Of a stretch of 64,000 nt of DNA, positions 46,958 to 56,800 are shown piece after piece. The DNA is from an uncultured virus (IMG/VR IMGVR_UViG_3300023178_000038). Lineage: Duplodnaviria > Heunggongvirae > Uroviricota > Caudoviricetes. The notes beneath the pieces are model-generated. The model did not search any database and was not told the origin of the DNA. It was given only the letters and a program-made list of their open reading frames with translations. The stretch lies in IMG/VR virus record IMGVR_UViG_3300023178_000038, one strand, 5' to 3'. Position 1 is the stretch's first letter; each line of letters starts with the position of its first letter. The position numbers and the translations under genes are program-made.

Positions 46958-49900
46958 CTAATGGTTGTCCATATTTGTTAACTTCTTTTGGTACGTATGA
47001 TTCATATTCATTTTCTATTTTTTTAACAAGATCTGGTGGTATTCTCTTACCGTCAGTATAACCACGTTCTTTTAATACTGATGAAACATACATATCTCTT
47101 TTAACATTGTATAACCAATCATTCATACCAAAACCGTCACGTACAGTTTCAAGTGCAGATATAGCGCCTTCTTTTAAATTACCAAATACTTCTTTTAAAA
47201 TCCTATTTGATTGTGCAGCTTCAAATAATGGATTAACAATTTCTTCTTTACCTACTTGAAAAGACTCTGACATAGCACCTGCTAATGTAGAAGGATCTTC
47301 TGGAGATCCATATAGAGATTCAAAGGTAGTATCTACTTCTTCAGGATCATATATTTTTTCTGCAACATCTGCTACTGCACCTCCAATAGTCTCTGTAGCA
47401 CTTCCTGTCCCAGATGTTTTTGACATAATTACATCAACCAATACAGGCGCTAATACAGCTGCGTCAAATACATCAAGTCCGTCAGCAAAAGTTTTTAACA
47501 ATCCAGAACTCTTAATAAAGTTAATACGATCTTCTGGTGCAATCTGTCCGTCCATTTTATTAAATAGTTCTGCCACATGTGCTTGTATTACTTCATCTTC
47601 AACATTGCCAAACATTCCTTGTTGTGCAATTAACTGTCTAAAACCGTCAAATTGTTGTAATAAAGCACCGTCAACTGCTGAAGGTTCTATACGTTTTGGA
47701 TCAAAAAATCTAATATCTTGTATTTCTAAATCTTTATATAACTTAGAATATCTTTCTTTAGTTTCATCTGACAATGTATCGTTATCAAGTAATACTTGTA
47801 ATGGTATTAACTCTGCTATTGCTCTTATAGACTGATCATCTAAATCTGCAAAACCTTTTACACCGCTTGTTAAATCGTTTATTGTTTGTATTTTTTCAGC
47901 ATTTATTTCTACAGGTTTTACTTTAAATTTAGCTTCTCTAGGTACACCTGTACCAAATTTATCACCTGGATCTACAATACCAAATACATCATGGAAATCA
48001 TTACCTACTCTACCACCACCTGTACCTGCAACTATTTCGATACCACTTTGTGATAATGACTTTAATAATAAAATATCTCCTGCTGCATAGCTATTACCTA
48101 CAGGTGATACATATCTTTTTGGTATACCATTTAATTTACGTAAAAAATTTACTAAAGTTTTATCACCTTTTACTTCAGGTAATATATTATTTTGAACAGC
48201 AAATACTTCATCTTCTAAATTTAATTTTATAAAATCAGTAACATCTTCGCCAAATTTTTTTTGAATCCTTAACTTTTGTTGTAAAAAATAATTTTCTAAA
48301 TTTCTGACAATATCTCTTAAATAGGTACTGTCAGGTTCTATATATCCATTTATTTTCATTGCTGAATCGCTAGCCATATTTCTTGTTACATAATCTATTG
48401 CGTCATTGTACATAGGACTATCTATTTCCATATTTTCAAAAAAATATTTAATATACAATAAATCTTTTGTTGCTCTATATGATCCACCTAATGCACTAGG
48501 ATCTAACTCATTTGCAAATCGCATTACTAAATCAAAATCAATTCTTTTGCCGTCATTTAAAAAAGCGTATTCATCATTTAATAATTTATTAAACAAAACA
48601 TCAGCATAAGTTAATCTTTTATCATAAAAATATTGTTGCTTAGTATTATTAACACCTGTGCTTTTTATATATTCCCATGCTTCTTCTCTTGCTTCATTTG
48701 TAATTGATTCATTACCATATAGATTATCTCTAAGAATATAGTGGACATCAGAAAAATTCATCTTGCCTTCTTCTAATCCTTCTTGTATGGTCTTAGATAC
48801 ATTATCTTGTACGTCACTCATGTTGTCTATATAAAAATCTTTGATTGTTTGTACAACCTCGCTACCGTCAGTCCTATTATTTAGATCAAGTATATCTTTA
48901 GAAGTATTCCTACCTTCTAAAGCATTTTTAATCATGTTATAAATTTTGCTTTGATCTGCTTCTGACATACCTTCTAAAAGACCTGTACCAGTTTTTTTCA
49001 ACTGGTCCATAATATTAAATAAGAATCGATCCACCATTTCTTCATCAAAAATTGTTTCTATATTTGTATTGTTAACTATATTGTTAATTAGATTTTTAAC
49101 TTTAGGATTATTTATTTGACGTACTAATGGCATGTCTGTATGTAATATACTGTCACCAGGTGCGTCAAATTCTATTTGGCTAATTGCAGGATCTACAAAT
49201 AAAGGTTTATATTCTGATTCGTTAATAGCCCTTATTCTTAACACACCTTCTAGTCCTTCATCTTTTTTTATAGTAAAACCTATTTTTTTTAAATCTTTGT
49301 CAATCTTAGCTATAATTTCAGGATTATTTTTAATATCTTCACTGTTTAATATAGAAGTAAATTTGTCATTTGCGTCTATATTCATAACATTTACTTTGCT
49401 AGTATTATGTCCTCCCATAGAATACGAAGAAGCTACAAATGGATTAGATGTTGTATACATGTAATTTAGTCTTAACATTTGAGAACGATACTTAGAAGGA
49501 TCTAACCAATTTAAATCTGTTTCATAATTTATTTTATTTGTGAGATCTGCAAACAACCCTCGCATATCTGTTTTGGAACCACTACCGTGTTTTTCTAATA
49601 TATCTAATATAGCTCTACCACGTGCATTTAGTCCAGGAGATCCATGATATACAAAACCTTTTAACCTACCGTCTGCACCTAGTGTTGCTTGTTTAGAGTC
49701 AAGTAATGCTTGTGGTACGTCTGAATTGTTTGTCTTCCAATATTCCCATGAAGGTAAATATATTTCATCTGGAAAAGTATTTTTAAAAAATCCTGTATTT
49801 CTTACACGTAATTTAGCTAATGCAGGTCCTGATTTGTAATCACTGTTAATTAAATAATTTATATTGTCATCAACTGCTTTTTCTATTCCGTCTCTTTGAA

Positions 49901-52070
49901 TTACTGTATTTCCTTCGTGTAAACCTGCATACTCTTTTACTTCACCATCATCAAAACTATCTGTATAATATGTTTCTATTACTTCAGTAGTTCCAACCTC
50001 GTCTTCTTTATGTGACGCAAAACCTTGATCAATTAATTCATCTAATAATATATCAAACTCTTCACTGTTTACTATCTGTTCTGCGTTATCATACATTGCT
50101 GCAATAAAAGGTTCAATTTGCATACCGTCATTTATTTTCCATTTTAAATCCGAAGCATATTGTTTTAATACTTTTTCACGGATTGTAACTTTAGCTTTAT
50201 TTCTAGCTTCTGGTTTTATTTTTATTTTTTCGTATGTTGACTCTGGATCGTCTGCAAATTCAAATCCTAATTCTTTAGACTCTATTTCTTTATCAGAAAA
50301 TATTAATCCTGTACCTGCTTCTTGTGTTGTGTATTGAATTATATTATGAAATATAAAATCAGGTGACATTATCATTTGTGGTGTAAATGGTTTAATTTCT
50401 TTACCCATACCTACGTATGGTGTGTATGATTTTAATCCTCTTATGCTGTCAATAAGCGCTTTGTTCTGTCTATCAACAATATTGTTACCGCTAATAGGTA
50501 TTTCTGGTTGACTATTAGCAACTCTTACTTTATTACTTTCTAATATAATTTCTGTATTTCTTCTCTTGGTTTCAGCTACACGTTCTTTTAATTGTGTAAG
50601 GTCGTTGTAATCATATTTAGATTCATTTGTATATATAGTTTCTTGATTTGATTTTTGTAGTAAATTCTTTTTTAAAGCAAATCGTAATGTGTCTTCTACA
50701 AATTCTACGTGTCCAAAAGCTAATTGTTTTTCACCACTAATAACATCATCTAGTTTTATCCACTCATACGATACAGCGTCATCTTGTGCTTTAGGTGTCC
50801 AGGTCTCTACAACAGATTTAACTTTTTGTCCGTCAACAGTATTTGTTTTAGTAACATCTTTTATTATTATTCCTATACCACCAACATCAACACCTTTTGC
50901 TGCACGTGCGTCCCAATCATATCTATCAAATTTAATTGGTAAATAAAAACTTTTGTCTATAAATCTTTTTCTTAAATTTACTTCTTCTATTGCTTCTCTT
51001 AATGCTTCTGCACCAAATATTTCGTTTCCTCTATATTTATCTGATATATCTAATACAGTACTTTCTGTTTCAAATGGCATTAAGAAATCATGCACTTCTG
51101 TATCTCTAAATGAAGGTGTTCCAGGATCTACCACACCTTGAATTATTTGATCCAAATTAACATCTGTCTCTACAATTCCACCAGGTAATGCAAACAAAGA
51201 TCTATGTGGTCCACGTTTACGTTTTATAACAAGTAACTCTATTGTTCCGTCATCAAGTTCTTTAAATATAACATTGTCTGCAGTACGTTGTTTTTCGTTA
51301 AACTTGTTATACACAAAGTCATTGTTAACTTCTGCTACGTCATCTTCTAAATTTACTTGCGATATATCATCTGGTACTACATCTGCTGCTGCAGCTTCTA
51401 CTGTGTCTGGTACTTCTACATCTCCAGTCAATTCACCGTATTGTGCAGATTGTTCTGCGTCAACTTTTTCAAATGCCTCTAGTGCATAAGGTGGAATAAA
51501 ACTACGATTTATTTGTGATCGTATTCTGTCAGATATAACAGGTCCTTGATTTGTCAATGCCATTTCTATACTTGCTGTACTGTTAGGAAATATTTCATCT
51601 AATTTGTCACCAACTAATGAAACACTTGCAGTTGCACCATCTATGTCAGATGTCTTAGTAAATAAATTTTCCATTTCTTGTTTTGTAGAAAACTCACCTA
51701 AATCTAATATAAAAATTTCATCAATTTCTGGTCTCATCATATTAGGTCCACCTACTGATTGCGTATTTTGATCCATAATCATTAAACGAAAACCTGATAC
51801 AAGATCTTCATTAGCTTCATCAGCCAATGGTTCAATAACTAAATTTAAATCACTTCTTCCTGCACCTACTAATTCTTCTAAATTATAAGGACCATAAACT
51901 AATAATCCATCTTCTCTAGGAAAAACGTCCATTAAATCAGACCACTCTTCACCTACAAAATCTAATAATTTTTGACCGCCAAAATCTCTATTGTTGACTG
52001 TTTCTTTAGTAGCAGTTTCAACTAACTGATCTAATGCTTTTATTATTCTTATAAGTTCTTGGGGATCCAC
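46881..52070 (-). CDS. Large polyvalent virion protein with Nudix hydrolase and ART-like domains
   Basis: TADNVIF...LLVIKRK.GP....ALPGG.VE...ALREAIEE...AQDDA....W...LAFGH; VYHGS...MYTTSNP.VASSY. Confidence 0.7.
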   Translation of the reverse strand: MDPQELIRIIKALDQLVETATKETVNNRDFGGQKLLDFVGEEWSDLMDVFPREDGLLVYGPYNLEELVGAGRSDLNLVIEPLADEANEDLVSGFRLMIMDQNTQSVGGPNMMRPEIDEIFILDLGEFSTKQEMENLFTKTSDIDGATASVSLVGDKLDEIFPNSTASIEMALTNQGPVISDRIRSQINRSFIPPYALEAFEKVDAEQSAQYGELTGDVEVPDTVEAAAADVVPDDISQVNLEDDVAEVNNDFVYNKFNEKQRTADNVIFKELDDGTIELLVIKRKRGPHRSLFALPGGIVETDVNLDQIIQGVVDPGTPSFRDTEVHDFLMPFETESTVLDISDKYRGNEIFGAEALREAIEEVNLRKRFIDKSFYLPIKFDRYDWDARAAKGVDVGGIGIIIKDVTKTNTVDGQKVKSVVETWTPKAQDDAVSYEWIKLDDVISGEKQLAFGHVEFVEDTLRFALKKNLLQKSNQETIYTNESKYDYNDLTQLKERVAETKRRNTEIILESNKVRVANSQPEIPISGNNIVDRQNKALIDSIRGLKSYTPYVGMGKEIKPFTPQMIMSPDFIFHNIIQYTTQEAGTGLIFSDKEIESKELGFEFADDPESTYEKIKIKPEARNKAKVTIREKVLKQYASDLKWKINDGMQIEPFIAAMYDNAEQIVNSEEFDILLDELIDQGFASHKEDEVGTTEVIETYYTDSFDDGEVKEYAGLHEGNTVIQRDGIEKAVDDNINYLINSDYKSGPALAKLRVRNTGFFKNTFPDEIYLPSWEYWKTNNSDVPQALLDSKQATLGADGRLKGFVYHGSPGLNARGRAILDILEKHGSGSKTDMRGLFADLTNKINYETDLNWLDPSKYRSQMLRLNYMYTTSNPFVASSYSMGGHNTSKVNVMNIDANDKFTSILNSEDIKNNPEIIAKIDKDLKKIGFTIKKDEGLEGVLRIRAINESEYKPLFVDPAISQIEFDAPGDSILHTDMPLVRQINNPKVKNLINNIVNNTNIETIFDEEMVDRFLFNIMDQLKKTGTGLLEGMSEADQSKIYNMIKNALEGRNTSKDILDLNNRTDGSEVVQTIKDFYIDNMSDVQDNVSKTIQEGLEEGKMNFSDVHYILRDNLYGNESITNEAREEAWEYIKSTGVNNTKQQYFYDKRLTYADVLFNKLLNDEYAFLNDGKRIDFDLVMRFANELDPSALGGSYRATKDLLYIKYFFENMEIDSPMYNDAIDYVTRNMASDSAMKINGYIEPDSTYLRDIVRNLENYFLQQKLRIQKKFGEDVTDFIKLNLEDEVFAVQNNILPEVKGDKTLVNFLRKLNGIPKRYVSPVGNSYAAGDILLLKSLSQSGIEIVAGTGGGRVGNDFHDVFGIVDPGDKFGTGVPREAKFKVKPVEINAEKIQTINDLTSGVKGFADLDDQSIRAIAELIPLQVLLDNDTLSDETKERYSKLYKDLEIQDIRFFDPKRIEPSAVDGALLQQFDGFRQLIAQQGMFGNVEDEVIQAHVAELFNKMDGQIAPEDRINFIKSSGLLKTFADGLDVFDAAVLAPVLVDVIMSKTSGTGSATETIGGAVADVAEKIYDPEEVDTTFESLYGSPEDPSTLAGAMSESFQVGKEEIVNPLFEAAQSNRILKEVFGNLKEGAISALETVRDGFGMNDWLYNVKRDMYVSSVLKERGYTDGKRIPPDLVKKIENEYESYVPKEVNKYGQPLDVSDTSRYSNSFYTAGGGGSGVRHE

Positions 52071-53869
52071 TATCCTCCAATCATGCGGTCAAATTGATCT
52101 ATAGAACTAAACAAATAACTTAGATCGTTACGTTCTTGTATACCTCTCTGTTGTGCTTGTAGCTGTGGTTCAAATTGTTGTTCTGCAAAAGCTGCTAGTT
52201 CTTCACCTGCTGTTGATGGTATAGATATTTCTGTTGGCGCACCAGGAAATAATCTTTCAGCTAAATCTAAATTCTTTTGATACTCTGCAGTAGCTGTATC
52301 GTAATCTTTATCTGCTTGTATGTAAAAGTCAGAAAACGCTACAAGTTCTGCGTCTGTAAGTTTACGTGTAACACCTGCAGATTTAAGTGCTGCGTCTATC
52401 TGATCTTTAATAAATCCTGGTGATGGTGTTTGATAAACTTTAGGTGTAAGTGGTGGTTTTTTAAAGTAACGTTCCTTTTCTGCATTAAGTTGTGTATATA
52501 CATCTATCATGTTTAAGTTAGCGTCAACCATTGCACTATACATTGCACCTGATGTTTTATCTTGCCATGCACCTTGTTCTAAGAAAAAATCTTCTACTCC
52601 TAAATAACCTGCTTGCATAAGATCTGTTTGCACTGCTTTTATTTCTTGTGGTGCTAATGAGATCCAGGATATTTTTTGTGTATTGTTTAGTCCTGGACCT
52701 TGACCAGATATGTGATCTGTTGCACCATAAAACTGTTCTTCTGGAATACTACCTGCATATATCTGTTCTGGAAGTAATGCGTCTTTCATCTGTGACGCTG
52801 TTGGTTCTCCATCTTTAAATGCGTCTGCTAAATCTGGTTGTTTATATATTGCATATTCTGGTGTAATACCACCGAATATGTCATACTCTGGTGCAGCAGC
52901 TAAACTTGTGTTGTAATCTATCCAACCATCTAATGCTGCTTGTGCAGACTCTTTAGTACCTCCTGCAAATATCAATTCTTTTGTAGGATCTTCTGCTATC
53001 TCATCTTCTAGCAATAACAATTCATCTCTACTTAAAGTTTTCACTTCACCTACAGATGAACCGTCTGGTGTTTTAGTACCTATTGCTACACTAAATGTAT
53101 CTCCTATATCTAAGTCTGTATTAAATTTACCATCAGAACTATACGATTCTACAGCTTTTAAGTACTCGCCATCTACTGGTTCCCATGTATTTGTTTGTTC
53201 ATTAAGTTTCATTGCAGGTCTTGTTAATATAGTTGGTTTTGCAAAACCAGGATATTTTCTATAGTTCTTACCTTCTACAGGATAAAAACCTTCGCCTAAA
53301 CTAACAGGTGCATTGTTTCTGAAGTATTCATCTAAATCTTCTGTAACATATATTGTTCCGCCTTCACCTTGTGGTGGTCGTATAACAACACCTAATAAAC
53401 CTGTATCTTCGTATATCTTATCTAGTTTTATATTTAAATATTCATAGTATTCTTCTGAAGCACCTGGAGAACCTGCACCTTTTAAACCTGCTGCAATATC
53501 TAGTCCTGCGTAAATATCTTCATTTCTTTTTTTATCTTCGTCACTCTGTGCTGTTTTCCAATCTGATACTCCATATAATTGTGATACTGCATTGTTTAAT
53601 GCTTTGTTAAAAGTATTAAGTGGTGTACGTGATGTTCTTCTTCTATTTACTTCTCCATAAGGTTCTTGAAATGATATGAGATCATTAGACATATTTGCAC
53701 CTACAGTGTCATACACATTAAGTTCTGTGTAGACTTTTGCTATAAATACTTGATCTGGTATTTCTTGACTAACTAAATCTTGTAATATTTTTGTTATTTC
53801 TTCATCTGGTGCAAAACCTCTAAGTGCAATAATGCTATCTACAAAACCTTGCTTAAAATCTTTGTCCAT
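52070..53869 (-). CDS. Putative internal virion protein, copy B
   Basis: Homologue of 7145-8842. Confidence 0.55.
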   Translation of the reverse strand: MDKDFKQGFVDSIIALRGFAPDEEITKILQDLVSQEIPDQVFIAKVYTELNVYDTVGANMSNDLISFQEPYGEVNRRRTSRTPLNTFNKALNNAVSQLYGVSDWKTAQSDEDKKRNEDIYAGLDIAAGLKGAGSPGASEEYYEYLNIKLDKIYEDTGLLGVVIRPPQGEGGTIYVTEDLDEYFRNNAPVSLGEGFYPVEGKNYRKYPGFAKPTILTRPAMKLNEQTNTWEPVDGEYLKAVESYSSDGKFNTDLDIGDTFSVAIGTKTPDGSSVGEVKTLSRDELLLLEDEIAEDPTKELIFAGGTKESAQAALDGWIDYNTSLAAAPEYDIFGGITPEYAIYKQPDLADAFKDGEPTASQMKDALLPEQIYAGSIPEEQFYGATDHISGQGPGLNNTQKISWISLAPQEIKAVQTDLMQAGYLGVEDFFLEQGAWQDKTSGAMYSAMVDANLNMIDVYTQLNAEKERYFKKPPLTPKVYQTPSPGFIKDQIDAALKSAGVTRKLTDAELVAFSDFYIQADKDYDTATAEYQKNLDLAERLFPGAPTEISIPSTAGEELAAFAEQQFEPQLQAQQRGIQERNDLSYLFSSIDQFDRMIGG

Positions 53870-56800
53870 TAAATATCCTCTGTATCAGGTAACTGTGGTA
53901 AGTATACACCGTATTCTTTAAGTGTATCATAATCGTATTGCAAATCCTCTAAGAAATCTGTACGTTCTTGGAATAATGGAAGCAATACACGTTCAGCTAC
54001 AACCTGGAAATCTGGATTACTATTTATCAATGTACCTATAAGATCACGTAATTGTTGTCTTTCTTTTAATAATGTACGTGATGTACGCCAACCATTCTTA
54101 GATAATCCTGCTCTAAGTGATCGCTTTTCTAATGTATTAATTAAACTAAACACTACAAGCAAGTCTTTACCTACTGGTGTACCAGATAATTTAGAACTGT
54201 TTTTCCAATCTTTAAGTTCTTCATACTGCATTTCTAATGTAGATGTTTGTGGTAATCCTGGTACTGTAGCGTCAAATCCAGGAAATTTTTGTTTAGCTAT
54301 ATCTCTATGAAATGCTAACTCTCTGTTACGTACTAAGTTTTGATAAGGATCTGTTATATCGTATGTTTGTAATGTAGATACACGCTTTTCTTCCATATAA
54401 AACTGACCTAGTCTTTGGTTACGTTTAGCTAACCATTCTTCTGGTTTAAGTGGTTCTCTTTGTTCATTAGCAATAGTTCTTACGTATGCTTCATAATCAA
54501 AAGGACCACCACCGCCTTGTGGTATTGCATATTGTGCAGTAAATGAATATTCTTCAAATATCTCTGGATTTTCTTTTTGAAACTTAACACCACGTTCATC
54601 TACTGGTCTAGGTTCTACTACAACTGTTTTAGGTGTAGCAATGTCAATAGGATTAAATCCAAACTCATCTATAAAATATTTAGTAGCAGAATAGTTATCG
54701 CCAGGTGCATATAAAAATCTACCTGTAATTGGATCTTTAGGTGGTGTCTCTAATAACTCTCTATACCTATCTGACAATATTTGCATAGAATAAATATGAC
54801 CTGCATTCTTTTCATTACCAATGTCAAAACGTGGATTAAGTCCTACTGGACCAACAAACTGTGATATAGCTTTTATAAGTGTTAAACCTTTTGCAATAGA
54901 TCGTGCTTCTTTCATTAACTCATCTTGTTGTCCTGCGGTTCTGTCATCTCTACCATCAGCTTTAAGTATTCTGTAAACATCAATAGTTGTGTTAGAAGCA
55001 ATACGTGTTATTTCGTTTTGACCTACATCTTCGTTATATGCGTACAATGCCTGGTATGTATTACGTAACCATGCAGGTACACCTGCTGCAGCAATAAGAT
55101 CTCCTGCAGATCGTACATCTGGCAAACCATACGGAAACAAAACTTTTTTAGCTTCGTCAAAGTTTGGACTTGCGTTTACAAAAAAGCTAGCAGGTATAGC
55201 AACTGCAGGTCCAATACCTGGTACTACTTCTAATGCTAGGTTAAGTGATCCTGCATAACCAGGTAATCTAACACCAACATTCCTATCTTCACCAAATAAT
55301 CCATCAGATACAAGATCATCTATAAGCGGATAGTAAAATACTTCTTCACCAGTAACTTCATCTTCTCCTAAAAATCCTTCACCTTCTACTGGACTAAATG
55401 GATTACTAGCACGTGCAGCGTTAACTGTCACTTGACCTCTACGTAATATCTCTGGGTTTTCTTTTAATAGCTTTGCCCATGTAGTCATAATCTCTATATA
55501 TGCTTCGCCGAATGGAAATATACCACGTAAGTTATATGCTAGTTTTTTACGTTTAGTTAAGTCATACAATAGTTCTTGAACTTCTGTTAAAGCTCTAGCT
55601 TTTGCTATTCTATCAATTAAATCAACGTCACCAGATTTATCTGTAAATCCTAGTAACTCTGCTTTTTCTTTCATGTTGTTGTTAAACACTTCTTGTACAT
55701 CATCTATCTCTGATTCTATGTCAAATATGTCTTCTGCTAAATCATCTACACGTTTTTTTACATTTGCAGGTACTATGTCATCTTCGTATGTAACTCCTGA
55801 TCCGTATGTACCAGTTATATCAAGTTCTAGTTTCATAAGTTCTTCTTGTTTGTCTGTTAACTTTTCTTCTAGTCTTGATCGTTTTTTATTTAGTGCTGTA
55901 GATAAATTCTCAAACTCTTCATCAAGATCTTCAAATCCTAAACCTAATGCTGTATCTTTTTCATTAAGTTCTTTAACTTTACGTTGAAACATATCTATGT
56001 TTATCTCTGTATCTGCTTTACGTAGTTTTTGTGCAGGCAATCCTATGTCAGCTCTAAATGTAGCTAACATGTTTTCTCCAGGTAAACTTGCATTTAATGC
56101 ACCTGCAACTTTTATTTCTTTGCCATCAATTGTATATGTACCACCTTCTAACATAACTTGTCTCATTTTGCCTGACATGTATGGAAGAAGATCGTATATA
56201 GTTCTCCAGTATGCTTGTCTAAATACTGGTGATCTTGACGCGTTATCTGTTCTTTGTCCCATTAATGCGTCAAATGCTTTGTTTGTATAAAACTCTAATT
56301 TACCAACATTGTCTATATAATCTGTTTTACCAACAGCAACTACGTTAGGAAGATCGTTAATGTATTCATCAGACATTAGTGTTTTCTTTACAGATTTATA
56401 TAATGTTTGATCACCATTTTTTATACTGTCAAAAAAATCATCTAATGTTTCATCAACATATTGTTTACCGTCTAATCTGTTTAATCTGTTACGCAACAAC
56501 ATTTCAAGTATGTTGTTATTTGCTGTTTTTTCTACTGACAATGGGAATGGTGTTTTAGCAAAATCTAATTCATCAATGTTTATTTTTTTACTTAAATCAT
56601 CTAATACATCTAAATTTTGATCAAAAGCACCACCTGCTAACTGATTTACTCTAGCTGTAATAGATTCAGCATAAGCATATCTACCACCTGCAGTATTCAT
56701 TCTTGCTCTATAAGTTGGTCCGCCTTTACTATATGCTTCTATAATTTCTGTAGCACGTGAACTAGATCCTTCAATAAACTCTTTTAATCTAGCGTCTCTT

